From NCBI GenBank assembly GCA_013359235.1, contig JABWCE010000016.1, positions 733 to 64,732 on the forward strand: 64,000 nucleotides of DNA, written 5' to 3'. Source of the DNA: Bacteroidota bacterium. GTDB taxonomy: Bacteria; Bacteroidota; Bacteroidia; NS11-12g; UBA9320. Position 1 is the first letter of the stretch. Each line of letters starts with the position of its first letter. Made by a program: the position numbers and the translations under genes. Below are positions 1 through 10,065 of the stretch, in pieces. Under the pieces are notes generated by a model. It searched no databases, was not told the origin of the DNA, and saw only the letters and a list, made by a program, of their open reading frames with translations.

Positions 1-212
1 ATCACAGCATCAAGTTTCAAAATTTTTTCGCGGAGCAATTGCTGTCTGAAATCTGGTCCGGTATCTATTACAAAAAACTTTCCGCCAGTTTCAATATAAA
101 CCGAACTGCGAAGCCTGTTGTCTTTATTGTTGTTGCTTTTGCATACATTGCAGGTGCATCCAATAATAGGAACCCCCTGTGATGTACCCGTGCCCAAAAA
201 TGTTACTTTCAA
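1..212 (-). CDS. MBL-fold metallo-hydrolase (PhnP-like), N-terminal fragment running off the window
   Basis: The minus strand from TTG (212-210) reads LKVTFLGTGTSQGVPIIGCTCNVCKSNNNKDNRLRSSVYIETGGKFFVIDTGPDFRQQLL. This is a typical N-terminus of Bacteroidota MBL-fold hydrolases. It is absent from the ORF track because it has no stop in the window. Confidence 0.6.
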   Translation of the reverse strand, partial: MKVTFLGTGTSQGVPIIGCTCNVCKSNNNKDNRLRSSVYIETGGKFFVIDTGPDFRQQLLREKILKLDAV

Positions 213-253
213 AACAATGCAAACTTATAAATAAATCGTTTTATTTTGCCATT

Positions 254-1201
254 ATGATTTCTATTTATTACAGCAAAAACGAACATATCGAGATAGCTAA
301 TGATTTAGCATTAATAGACGGTATTGAAAAAAGCAAAATAATATGGGTTGATATGCTCGATTGTAATGATAGCGAAATTTTAAAAGTTGAAACATTATTA
401 GAAATAAAAGCATTTAACAGGCAAGATTTTATTGAAATAGAAGAAAGTGCTCGATTTATTGAGTTTGAAAATTATTTGATGTGCAATTCAAATTTTATTG
501 TTAAAGAAAAATTAGCTTTTATTTCAAAGATTGTAAATTTTTTCATTGGCAAAAACTTTTTGGTAACATACAGAAATTACAATTCGAAGTCGTTTTCCGA
601 AACTTCCAAAAAACTACTTTCACATGGTTCAAAAATGCGAAATTCAGAAATTTTTCTTAATATAATTGACCTCAAAATATCGTCAGTAGCCGATTATGTT
701 GAAGATATTGCTCAAGAGATATCAAAACTATCAAAAGAAATTGTAACAAACAAACACACAAGCAAACTGCTGATTTTAAAACTTAGTCAATACCGCGAAT
801 ACCTTATTATGCTAATGCAAAACTGCATTGAAAAAAAGCTATTAATAAGTTTTGTAAAAAAAGCATCATTTTTGAATAATAAAACCGAAAGTGAACTCGA
901 TATTTCGGTAAAAGACCTCGAATCAGTAATAGATTACATTAAGTTTAATTTTGAAAGGCTTGATTTTATTGATAGCACCATGAATAATCTCATTATTTTT
1001 GAACAAAATAACAGTATAAGATTATTTACAATTGTGAGCATATTTTTTATGCCTCCAATGCTAATAGCAAGTATCTACGGCATGAATTTCAAAATTATAC
1101 CCGAACTCGGCTGGGCAAATGGATATTACTATTCATTGGCTTTTATGTTATTAACAGTAATAGTTACTTTTATATATTTTAAAATAAAAAAATGGCTTTA
1201 A
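254..1201 (+). CDS. corA: CorA-family magnesium/cobalt transporter
   Basis: C-terminal YGMNF (GMN) signature followed by two TM helices. The ORF-track start at 179 overlaps the divergent MBL gene, so the ATG at 254 (MISIYYSK...) is preferred. Confidence 0.85.
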   Translation: MISIYYSKNEHIEIANDLALIDGIEKSKIIWVDMLDCNDSEILKVETLLEIKAFNRQDFIEIEESARFIEFENYLMCNSNFIVKEKLAFISKIVNFFIGKNFLVTYRNYNSKSFSETSKKLLSHGSKMRNSEIFLNIIDLKISSVADYVEDIAQEISKLSKEIVTNKHTSKLLILKLSQYREYLIMLMQNCIEKKLLISFVKKASFLNNKTESELDISVKDLESVIDYIKFNFERLDFIDSTMNNLIIFEQNNSIRLFTIVSIFFMPPMLIASIYGMNFKIIPELGWANGYYYSLAFMLLTVIVTFIYFKIKKWL

Positions 1202-1217
1202 ATACAAATAAAATTAT

Positions 1218-2096
1218 ATGCTTGACACATCAAAACTAATGTTAAATAAAGGCTCATTAAATGGGCATGTTATTATTGTAACCGGTGGTGGTACCGGTTT
1301 AGGTAAAACTATGGCTCATTGCTTTTCGCAACTTGGAGCTAAAGTGAGTATTTGGGGAAGACGCAAAGATGTGCTTGAAAATACAGCCTCAGAAATTGAA
1401 AAACTTACCGGGACTAAAGTTTTACCATTAAGTTGTGATGTACGTAATTACGATGAAATTGAAAATGCTTTAAATTTATGTATATCAGAACTTGGAGAAA
1501 TAAGTGGTTTGGTAAACAATGCTGCCGGCAATTTTATATCGCCTACCGAAAGAATTTCACACAGAGCCTTTGATATTATTATAGATATAGTGCTAAAAGG
1601 CAGTAAAAACTGCATACTTGCACTTGGCAATTACTGGATAAAAAACAAAAAACAAGGTAATGTATTAAGCATAACGACAACTTATGCTACGACAGGGTCG
1701 GGATATGTGGTGCCATCTGCTGCCGCAAAAGCCGGTTTGCTTGCTATTACCAAATCACTGGCTGTAGAATGGGCAAAATACAATATAAGGTTTAATACAA
1801 TTTCGCCTGGTCCATTTCCAACCAAAGGAGCTTGGGATAGACTTTTTCCTGAAATACTGAGAGAAAAACTTGATTTTACAAACAAAATACCCCTGAAAAG
1901 AGTAGGCGAACATTACGAACTTGCAAATTTGGCATCGTTTCTAATGAGTGAATTTTCATCTTTTATAAATGGCGAAGAAATAATTATTGATGGTGGCGAA
2001 TGGTTGAAGGGTGCAGGAGAATTTAATTTTTTGGATATGATAAGCAATGATGAATGGACCGAAATAGAAGCTATTGTTAGAAATGCTAAATCTTAG
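1218..2096 (+). CDS. SDR-family oxidoreductase, 2,4-dienoyl-CoA reductase-like
   Basis: TGGGTGLGK Rossmann motif, NNAAGNF, and overall DECR-like layout. Confidence 0.8.
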   Translation: MLDTSKLMLNKGSLNGHVIIVTGGGTGLGKTMAHCFSQLGAKVSIWGRRKDVLENTASEIEKLTGTKVLPLSCDVRNYDEIENALNLCISELGEISGLVNNAAGNFISPTERISHRAFDIIIDIVLKGSKNCILALGNYWIKNKKQGNVLSITTTYATTGSGYVVPSAAAKAGLLAITKSLAVEWAKYNIRFNTISPGPFPTKGAWDRLFPEILREKLDFTNKIPLKRVGEHYELANLASFLMSEFSSFINGEEIIIDGGEWLKGAGEFNFLDMISNDEWTEIEAIVRNAKS

Positions 2097-2157
2097 GGAG
2101 GGGTATAATTTTCATAAATTTATTATTTTTTAATTTTTTTTTTTATAAGTCTTTAGT

Positions 2158-2628
2158 TTACTTTTTTAAAGTAGATTTAATGAATTTATCAATTTCAATC
2201 ATAGAAAATCTATTAAATCCTTCTATTTTTTTAAATAAGTTACCATTTTTATCATGAAAACAAATTAAAGGATAGGTACCATTAAAATCTGGATATTTTG
2301 TCATTAAATATGGAAATGGAAATTTTTTAGTATTAATATAATTACATACCTTCTCATAATTATAATCTACATTATTTAAAAAAATTATTCTTTTCAGATA
2401 ATTAGGATTATTGTATTTCTTTTTAATTTTACTTGATAAAACATGGCAAGGTTTACAACTTAAAAAAGTATAAATTATAACAACAGAATCCTTAAAAAAA
2501 GGTTTATTGTTCACATTTATAAGGGAATCCAATTGAGAAGTATTACTACATGGATATCTACTATATGGCAATGGTTTAATTGCCATTGACATTATAATAA
2601 AAAATAATAATAATAACTTATTTTTCAA
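2158..2628 (-). CDS. Secreted thioredoxin-fold protein (TlpA/ResA-like, CxxC)
   Basis: N-terminal signal peptide. A single CKPC motif sits in a thioredoxin-like context. Its start overlaps the stop of the upstream gene. Confidence 0.45.
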   Translation of the reverse strand: MKNKLLLLFFIIMSMAIKPLPYSRYPCSNTSQLDSLINVNNKPFFKDSVVIIYTFLSCKPCHVLSSKIKKKYNNPNYLKRIIFLNNVDYNYEKVCNYINTKKFPFPYLMTKYPDFNGTYPLICFHDKNGNLFKKIEGFNRFSMIEIDKFIKSTLKK

Positions 2629-3529
2629 AATGTAATATTTTTAGTTTACAATTTGCCGAAATAAATGAAAATTGGTTTGGTGAATACATTATAAATCTAT
2701 CAATATTAATATTCTCATTTTTAATTTTTATCCAACCTGACTTTAAATATCTAATAGATTCTCTAAAAAAATTGATTTTATATTCACCAATATAAATGTA
2801 ATTAAGACCCCAATTGTTTGATGTTTCTTGTTCATTTAATTTTATACCAACAATAAAATCATTAGTTATAATTTCCTTGTTAATTTTAATATTAATCCAT
2901 CCAGTTTTTTTTAAAAAAATTGTGTCACTCTTGAATATTAAATTTTTAGGATAATGACCAATTATTTCCCTTCCATGAGGATTTGCGTATCTTAATGTAT
3001 CTATGCCTGGTAAATAAACGGATACAACAAGTTTGGGGCTTGAAAAAGTATGTATTTTTGATATATAAAAATTAAACTCTTCCAAAACACTGCAATCAAT
3101 CTCATTTACTTCAAAAAGCAAATATAATTCCTGGTCATTTACTAAGTCCAAACCATTAGCAAAATTACCATGATATGGTTTTTGTTTATTTCCTAAATAC
3201 TTTGTTTTGTATGACTTTGGTTTGCTCAAACCATTATCTATCTTTAATTCAATTATATATGTAAAATTATTGCTTTTTTTCAAACGAATTAATTTTTTAT
3301 AATAACCTTCTTTATAAATTATAAGTTGATTTGAAATTCCTAATGGTAAGTACATACAACATTTGCCAAGTGAATCAACTGTATAATTTGTACCATTAGA
3401 AATAGTACAAATTGCACCATTAAGATTTAACCCATTTTTTTCTTTTAATATTATACATAAATTAAATGCCATTAACTTAAAGTTAATGGCATTTAAAAAA
3501 AAGAATAATATTAGAGTTTTTTTATTCAA
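2618..3529 (-). CDS. Hypothetical secreted protein with N-terminal CarboxypepD_reg-like segment
   Basis: A TTG at 3529 gives MNKKTLILFFFLNAINF, a signal-like N-terminus. The segment ...GAICTISNGTNYTVDSLGKCCMYLP..IIYKEGYY resembles a carboxypeptidase-regulatory-like fold. The rest is unrecognised. Confidence 0.4.
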   Translation of the reverse strand: MNKKTLILFFFLNAINFKLMAFNLCIILKEKNGLNLNGAICTISNGTNYTVDSLGKCCMYLPLGISNQLIIYKEGYYKKLIRLKKSNNFTYIIELKIDNGLSKPKSYKTKYLGNKQKPYHGNFANGLDLVNDQELYLLFEVNEIDCSVLEEFNFYISKIHTFSSPKLVVSVYLPGIDTLRYANPHGREIIGHYPKNLIFKSDTIFLKKTGWINIKINKEIITNDFIVGIKLNEQETSNNWGLNYIYIGEYKINFFRESIRYLKSGWIKIKNENINIDRFIMYSPNQFSFISANCKLKILHFEK

Positions 3530-4274
3530 TAACAATTTGTCTTGAATTAATAATTTCTCCATTAGTTATTTTAAGTGTGTATTGCCCTTTATTAAGCGAA
3601 GATACTGCTATATTTTCATTTATTAAAAAAGAAGAATTCTTTTGATAAACTATTGTACCAGTTGAATTCTCAATTAATTCAATTTTATCAATAAATATAT
3701 TATTATTACCAAGATTAACTGTCAAATTTAAACTAGACGGATTTGGTGATACCGATACACAATTAAAATTAACTTCTGGTTCATTATATAATGGTACTAA
3801 AACTGGTAAAGAAATAACCGGTACAAAACAATCTGATTCTAATCCTTCAACAGTTACTGAATAACCAGCCAACGCCAATCTAAATATTGTAGCATTATTT
3901 AGATTTACAGGATTTAATAAATTTGAAATTGTTCTATATTCAATTGGAACATTAAAACCTAATTCGACTAATTCATTCATTGCTTGCGATATGTATCTCA
4001 GTAACTTATTAGGATCATTCATTTCCTCATCAGTAGGATGCGATATTCCTGTATTGCAAGGGCGTGTCCACTCATAAGTGGTAGTTTTAGTTCCCCAAAG
4101 AGGATGTGTACAAGTCATATCTTGTGTAAATTTACAAGACGAACTTCCTGGATAGGTAACAGTTACAGACGGTTCTCCAACCCAATGACACTTCCATAAA
4201 TTAATTGAAGGTGCAGCATCTGAAAAGTTATAAATTGAAACTAACAGAAAAGTAATAAATATTAATTTTTTCAT
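3522..4274 (-). CDS. Secreted Cys-rich protein with T9SS C-terminal sorting domain
   Basis: Signal peptide MKKLIFITFLLVSIYNFSDA. C-terminal SVSPNPSS..LTVNL...GQYTLKITNGEIINSRQIVIE matches the type-A Por secretion tail pattern. Confidence 0.6.
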   Translation of the reverse strand: MKKLIFITFLLVSIYNFSDAAPSINLWKCHWVGEPSVTVTYPGSSSCKFTQDMTCTHPLWGTKTTTYEWTRPCNTGISHPTDEEMNDPNKLLRYISQAMNELVELGFNVPIEYRTISNLLNPVNLNNATIFRLALAGYSVTVEGLESDCFVPVISLPVLVPLYNEPEVNFNCVSVSPNPSSLNLTVNLGNNNIFIDKIELIENSTGTIVYQKNSSFLINENIAVSSLNKGQYTLKITNGEIINSRQIVIE

Positions 4275-4463
4275 TTTTTTTTAAATTTGATTTTTAATTT
4301 TGCCTACTAATCAAGGGCATCGGCTATCCCTAAAATTTAAAATATCCATAAAGCTTAAATTCTGTAAATAATTTTTTAAGATTTCTTAATTTAATTGTGT
4401 TTACCTCCTTTCTATTTAGTTTTAAAATGCTTTTATTTAAAATTTTGATTATTTTGGTTCAAT

Positions 4464-4483
4464 TATATATATATATATATATA
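4464..4483. repeat. (TA)10 dinucleotide microsatellite
   Basis: Direct reading: tatatatatatatatatata. It lies in the 306-bp intergenic region upstream of the 3522..4274 operon. Confidence 0.95.
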
Positions 4484-4580
4484 CAAATAATAAATAAAAT
4501 TAAATACTAATAATCACATAATCAGGCTAATTAAATTTCGATTTATTAATTTAGGTATTTTCCAAAAAACTCTATTTTAT

Positions 4581-7500
4581 TCAATGCTTTTTTTCGTATA
4601 TTTTTTTCCTCATTTTTGGGAAAAGATAATCAAGTTCTTTGCGGTAATACAACCCAACACCTGAAGTATTTATATAAGTATTGCTGCCACTCAAAGGATC
4701 GTTTGCACGGCGGTTAAAACCACGTAGTCTTAATCTGCCATCTTGTTTTATTTTGTAGCTTAAATTAAAGTCATAAGAACTGTTTCCGGCTTGCCCATAC
4801 ACGCCTGCCACTTCTATTTTTTCATTAAACAGTTTTCTTTTTAACGAAACCATTATTTGTTTTTGTGTTTCGATATTTTGTGAATTTTTCCAGTCAATGC
4901 CCAACTCCCAATTGGGGTCTATTTGTCTTAACCACGAGTTTACTTGAGTTGTCATAAATGCACCCAAACTGTTTTGAACAGACGAATACAAATTTGATGA
5001 AGTAGCAGTAGAAATACCGGGCGAAGATGGAGCAAATGAATTAAATACAAGCAAATTTATAAATTGTTTATTAACCTCCTCTTGGTCAGTTTTCATCATA
5101 TTTATTACATTAACAAGATCGTTGTTTGAAAACAAAGTTGAACTATTTTCATCAGAAACATCAATACCGAGAGTAATTTGTGGATGAAAAAGATTTTCTT
5201 TTAGAGTAATATTACAATTTATTCCTACATTACTATTGCCATTTTCGGTTTTTATAGTTGCCGATGGCAAAATTACCGAAGGGTCAACATTTACGGTAGT
5301 TGTAGCTACCATATCTATTATAGCTTCATAAGGGTTGCCGTTCCATACTATTTTTCCACCATTTTTCACTTTCAAATTTTTGTTTACCAGATTATTTAAA
5401 GCAGTAAAGTTGTAACTTCCCTTGTCAATAATATAGCTTCCATACATATAAAAATCGCCATAAGTATTAAGTTCCATTTTAATATTTCCTTCGCCTGTAG
5501 CTTTAATTACATCATCAAATTTTGAATCAAAAATCAATCTCAATTCAGCATCATTTGTAATATTAAAATTAAAATCCATAGTAATACCGGTGAGGCTTTT
5601 TCTCTGTGGTTTGTAATTATATCCTCTTAGGTCAACTATTTTTATATAATCGGGTCCTGTAGTTTCTGTTGTGCTAGCTAATGGAAGAGAAATTACGGTT
5701 TTGGGCCTGCTTCGGGCATTTATATTCAGATACAAATTATCAATTGTACCATTGAGAACCATATTGCCATCTACAAAGGCGTTTCCAAAAAACAAATCTC
5801 CTTGTTCTTCTGTCAAATTCATGCAATTGAAATTTTTTAAATCTTTCATAAAAATTGCATATTTAAAATTATTGAAATTCTTATGAAAAATCACCCCACC
5901 TGCCTTTGCTTTTGAGCCGTATTTGTCAGCTACTTCAAATTCTCCAAGGTTTATTTTATCTTTATCAATTTTTACTTTTGCTTTGTTAATATTAAGTGGT
6001 ATTCCGAGGTAGTCCATTATCATACTTGCATCTACAACTTCAATATCGCCTTTTGTCTCAATTTTTTCAAAATTACCTGTAAGGCTTATTACCGCAGTAT
6101 CTATTATCCCTTTAACATTCGAAAAAAGTCCTTTTGTAATAGTTTCAAAAGGTTTTAAACTCGCTTTGCTCAATGTAAAATTCAGGTTTATTTTTTCGTT
6201 TTGTGGAGTAATATCAATCGAACCAAGTAAAATTAAATTGTTAATAATTCCATTTTTTATCATTCCGCTTATTCTCATCAAATAGCTACCGGGCTGATTT
6301 CTGCTGTACAAAACCACATTACCTACAGAGTCGGAATTAAAAATAAGATTATCTATTGTCAAATCAGTTTTTATAATTGGTTTTGAACTGCTACCATTTA
6401 AATCAATATTGCTGTTTACAATTCCTTGAAGTTTTATATCCCATTTTTTTAATATGGGATTTATTTCTACGAGGTTTAAATTGTTTATTTTTATATTTAA
6501 TTCCGAAAATTTGTCTATACCCGCTGTGCCTTCTGCCGAAATGAATTGCGAACCGTTCCAAAGCTTAAAACTATCAATTTCAAGTGTGTTTTTTACAATT
6601 GTAAAATAATTGTTATCATTTATTTTCCACTGTTGGTTATAAATGTAAATTGATGAGTTTTTTAAATTTAAGCCAACTGTATCATCGTTTAATGAAATTT
6701 TTCCTTCGGTATTCAAACTCAAATTGTCTGTTGTATCAGAAAGCAATAGGCTAAAATCAATGTCGTTAATGCCAATTTCGGCAGAAACTATAAGGTTTTT
6801 AGATAACAAACTATCTTTATTAAGTATTTTGCCAACACTTGCATCAAGCGATAGTTTTTTATCAGGATTTTTTTGACTTTGAAGATTTATTTCATCAAAA
6901 AGGTATTTTTTATAACTTATATTATCTACCATTGCAACAATATCGAGGTTGCTGTTTTCTGAATTGTAAACTCCTGTGGCAGTAAAATTTGTAAATTTCA
7001 CATCAGGGAAAAACAAAGGTGATAAAAACCTTGAATCGCTAATATCAATATCAAATCTTAAATCAACAGGTTCTACTTTTAATGTTGAATTTGAGTAAAA
7101 TTCGGGAAAAAGCTTTTGAATAAAAATCTTATTAATATTATCAATTTCACTTATTTTAAATTTTCCGACAAGCGAAATATTTCCCATATTGCTGCTAAGC
7201 TGTATTGAGCGATTATTGTAGTTTCCAAAAGCATCTAATTTTATATTTCCAATAGAAAACAGTGAATTGTTTTTTTCGAGTTCAACCTCGCTCAAAAGTG
7301 CATGAACAGTAATATTATCAATATCTTTGCCTTCAAAATCAATATTTACATCTTGTAATTTGCTAATGTTTATTTCGCCAAAGCCCAATTTTTTAAGATT
7401 TATAAATTTTGATTTTGCAGTAAAACTGCCTGTTGGCAAATCGTTATTAAAATCAAAATTTCCATCTAAGTTTAGTTTTGCATTGGGGTCGTCCAAATCA

Positions 7501-8978
7501 AAATTTCCTGTAAATTTTTTCTTTTCAAAAACCCCGTCAATTGTTGTGTTTACATATCTATAGTCATTGTATTCAAAATTGTCAATACTGCTTGTTATTT
7601 TTAAATTCAACTCGTCAAGCGTAAAACCTTTCCCATCAATTTTGCTAAACATTGTTATACTTCCAATTTTTGAAGTATTGAATAATTTTCCTGTATTGAA
7701 AGAAAAGAAATCAATATCACCACTGTATTCGGCTGGTTTGCCGCTAACAAAACTTATACCTGCATCAGTTCTAATATTGCCAATTGTAGTTTCTACCAAA
7801 CCTGTTGAATTTATATTTTGCATAGTTCCATTTAAAATTCCCGAATATTTAACAGAACCAATTCTTAGAAGTTCTTCAGGAAATTTCAAATTCAGTATTT
7901 GCTGAACATTTGAAGGATTTATATACAATCGGCTACAATTAAGGTTATAATAAAATTTATCTGTTTGAGATACATTTTGCAGTAAAATTCTGCCTTCGAA
8001 ACTGTTTAGTTCACCAATTTTAACTTTTAAAAATTCAGAGTTAAATGACATCAAAGTACCTTTAACTGTTCCATCAAGCGTAGTTTTAAAGTTGTATTTT
8101 TTTAAATAATCAGAGAAAAATGCAATATCAGAAGTAGCAATTTCAGTACCATCAAAATGAAATTTCATTTTTACATTTTCTTCAAAATCAGAAAAGCTAT
8201 TCCAGCCATTATACGATAATTTAACATAATTACCAAGTGATGATTTAGCCGTTTGAAGTAACAAATTATCAAATTCCATCAAGGTTGATGAAATATTAAC
8301 CTTTGATGAAAGTTTATTAATTGCAAACCCCGATTTTTCAATAAATGAAAGTTCTTTTATATCTGCAACTATTGAATCTCCTATAAGTTTAAAAGCTGCA
8401 ACTTTTCCATTAATATTTTTAAGTACAATATTATTTTCGTTAAAACTTCTGTTACCCGGTTTACTTTTTCCTGCTTGTAGCAATACAAATTGCACATTTT
8501 TGAGTTTTATATTTTTTATAAAAAGTTTAAAGGCATTACCCGTTGAAGGAGTATTTGATGGTGGCGAAAAATAATCAACAATAAATTGATAATTATAACC
8601 TTTTTGACCCGGATAACTAATAAATTTCACTATTGAATTTTCAATTGAAACCCGATTAATTCTTGAGAGATTTAATTTTTTATCAAATAAAAGCTTATAA
8701 TTAAACCCGGTTTTCAATTTGCCGAAATATCCAAGTGTATCGCCTTTCAAATCTTCGATATACAAGCCATTTAATACTACAGTATTTAAAAATTTAAAAT
8801 CAATAGATTGAATTGTAACTGTTGTTTTTAGCTCTTGTGAAAGATATCCTGCGGCTTTTTTTATCAAAAAATTTTGAACTGATTTAAGATTAAGGATAGC
8901 AATTGAAGCAATTATTAAAAAAGCAAACAAAGCAAGAGCAATTAAAGACCATTTGTATATTTTTTTAAAAATTTTCAA
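4581..8978 (-). CDS. tamB: Translocation/assembly module protein TamB (DUF490 family)
   Basis: 1465 aa with an N-terminal TM anchor, a long beta-rich repetitive body and a conserved C-terminal region. It is divergent from tsaD, as is common in Flavobacteriia. Confidence 0.75.
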   Translation of the reverse strand: MKIFKKIYKWSLIALALFAFLIIASIAILNLKSVQNFLIKKAAGYLSQELKTTVTIQSIDFKFLNTVVLNGLYIEDLKGDTLGYFGKLKTGFNYKLLFDKKLNLSRINRVSIENSIVKFISYPGQKGYNYQFIVDYFSPPSNTPSTGNAFKLFIKNIKLKNVQFVLLQAGKSKPGNRSFNENNIVLKNINGKVAAFKLIGDSIVADIKELSFIEKSGFAINKLSSKVNISSTLMEFDNLLLQTAKSSLGNYVKLSYNGWNSFSDFEENVKMKFHFDGTEIATSDIAFFSDYLKKYNFKTTLDGTVKGTLMSFNSEFLKVKIGELNSFEGRILLQNVSQTDKFYYNLNCSRLYINPSNVQQILNLKFPEELLRIGSVKYSGILNGTMQNINSTGLVETTIGNIRTDAGISFVSGKPAEYSGDIDFFSFNTGKLFNTSKIGSITMFSKIDGKGFTLDELNLKITSSIDNFEYNDYRYVNTTIDGVFEKKKFTGNFDLDDPNAKLNLDGNFDFNNDLPTGSFTAKSKFINLKKLGFGEINISKLQDVNIDFEGKDIDNITVHALLSEVELEKNNSLFSIGNIKLDAFGNYNNRSIQLSSNMGNISLVGKFKISEIDNINKIFIQKLFPEFYSNSTLKVEPVDLRFDIDISDSRFLSPLFFPDVKFTNFTATGVYNSENSNLDIVAMVDNISYKKYLFDEINLQSQKNPDKKLSLDASVGKILNKDSLLSKNLIVSAEIGINDIDFSLLLSDTTDNLSLNTEGKISLNDDTVGLNLKNSSIYIYNQQWKINDNNYFTIVKNTLEIDSFKLWNGSQFISAEGTAGIDKFSELNIKINNLNLVEINPILKKWDIKLQGIVNSNIDLNGSSSKPIIKTDLTIDNLIFNSDSVGNVVLYSRNQPGSYLMRISGMIKNGIINNLILLGSIDITPQNEKINLNFTLSKASLKPFETITKGLFSNVKGIIDTAVISLTGNFEKIETKGDIEVVDASMIMDYLGIPLNINKAKVKIDKDKINLGEFEVADKYGSKAKAGGVIFHKNFNNFKYAIFMKDLKNFNCMNLTEEQGDLFFGNAFVDGNMVLNGTIDNLYLNINARSRPKTVISLPLASTTETTGPDYIKIVDLRGYNYKPQRKSLTGITMDFNFNITNDAELRLIFDSKFDDVIKATGEGNIKMELNTYGDFYMYGSYIIDKGSYNFTALNNLVNKNLKVKNGGKIVWNGNPYEAIIDMVATTTVNVDPSVILPSATIKTENGNSNVGINCNITLKENLFHPQITLGIDVSDENSSTLFSNNDLVNVINMMKTDQEEVNKQFINLLVFNSFAPSSPGISTATSSNLYSSVQNSLGAFMTTQVNSWLRQIDPNWELGIDWKNSQNIETQKQIMVSLKRKLFNEKIEVAGVYGQAGNSSYDFNLSYKIKQDGRLRLRGFNRRANDPLSGSNTYINTSGVGLYYRKELDYLFPKMRKKIYEKKH

Positions 8979-9029
8979 TACTATGCTTGCAAAAATAGCT
9001 AAAATTGCAGCTTAATACAGCAGTAAGCT

Positions 9030-10055
9030 TTGCAAAAAAACGAAAGGGTTGTCCAAAATATTACTCTATTGGCAATAGAAACTTCGTGTGATGATACTTC
9101 AGCATCTGTAATCAAAAATGGTGAAATATTATCAAATGTGGTTTCGAGCCAGAGTGTACATATAAAATATGGCGGAGTAGTGCCCGAACTTGCATCAAGA
9201 GCACATCAAAAAAACATAATTCCGGTAGTAAATCATGCACTTCAAATATCAAAAACACAATTAAAAAATATTGACGCTATTGCTTATACTATTGGACCGG
9301 GTTTGCTTGGTTCATTGCTTGTAGGCTCAAGTTTTGCAAAGGGTTTGGCAATTTCGTTAAACAAACCTTTAATTTCTGTAAACCATTTAGAAGCACATGT
9401 ACTTGCACCTTTGATTGAAAACAGAAATTTGCAATTCCCTTACTTGTGCTTGCTTGTATCCGGTGGGCATACGCAGATTATTTTGGTAAATTCAATTACC
9501 GATTTTGAAATAATAGGAAAAACTATTGATGATGCTGCCGGAGAAGCTTTTGATAAAACTGCAAAAATTATAGGTTTGCCATATCCGGGTGGTCCGTTGA
9601 TTGATAAATACTCACAAAATGGCAATCACGATGCATTCAAATTTGCTATTGGAAAGGTACCTGGGCTCGATTTAAGTTTTAGCGGTTTTAAAACTTCGGT
9701 TTTGTATTTTATCCAAAAACAAAGTAAAAAAGATGCAACCTTTGTTCAAAATAATTTGTCTGATATTTGCTCTTCAATCAGGAAAACAATAATTACTTAT
9801 TTGATGACAAAATTGAGTTTAGCAGTAAAACAAACTGGAATTAACAGAGTTTCGATAGCAGGCGGTGTGGCTGCAAACAGTTTGCTTAGAAATGAAATAA
9901 TAAAAAAAACAGAAACAGAAAACTGGCAAGTTTTTATTCCCAAGCTCGAATTTTGTACTGATAATGCCGCAATGGTTGCTTTTGCAGCCTATGCAAAAAT
10001 GAAAATAGAAAAATTTTCTCCATTGGATGAAGCGCCATTTGCAAGTTTTAAATAA
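9030..10055 (+). CDS. tsaD: tRNA N6-adenosine threonylcarbamoyltransferase TsaD
   Basis: LLAIETSCDDT, GGVVPELASRAH and LLVSGGHT motifs. The start is uncertain: either TTG at 9030, or a few codons before LLAIE. Confidence 0.9.
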   Translation: MQKNERVVQNITLLAIETSCDDTSASVIKNGEILSNVVSSQSVHIKYGGVVPELASRAHQKNIIPVVNHALQISKTQLKNIDAIAYTIGPGLLGSLLVGSSFAKGLAISLNKPLISVNHLEAHVLAPLIENRNLQFPYLCLLVSGGHTQIILVNSITDFEIIGKTIDDAAGEAFDKTAKIIGLPYPGGPLIDKYSQNGNHDAFKFAIGKVPGLDLSFSGFKTSVLYFIQKQSKKDATFVQNNLSDICSSIRKTIITYLMTKLSLAVKQTGINRVSIAGGVAANSLLRNEIIKKTETENWQVFIPKLEFCTDNAAMVAFAAYAKMKIEKFSPLDEAPFASFK

Positions 10056-10065
10056 TTTTGAAAAA

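Noticed and set aside
179-253. The longer corA start at 179 (MMYPCPKMLLSKQ...).
   Set aside because: It would overlap the N-terminus of the divergent MBL-hydrolase gene (start 212 on the minus strand). The extra residues are not CorA-like, so the ATG at 254 is preferred.
5671-7905. Plus-strand ORFs (5671..5886, 7327..7563, 7567..7905) inside tamB. Similar antisense ORFs occur inside paaN (16862-18275), gldM, gldK, pdhA, the APC permease and others.
   Set aside because: All lie antisense to or overlap long, motif-supported genes. They encode low-complexity Phe/Leu/Ile/Lys-rich peptides typical of AT-rich antisense frames, and none has a recognisable motif.
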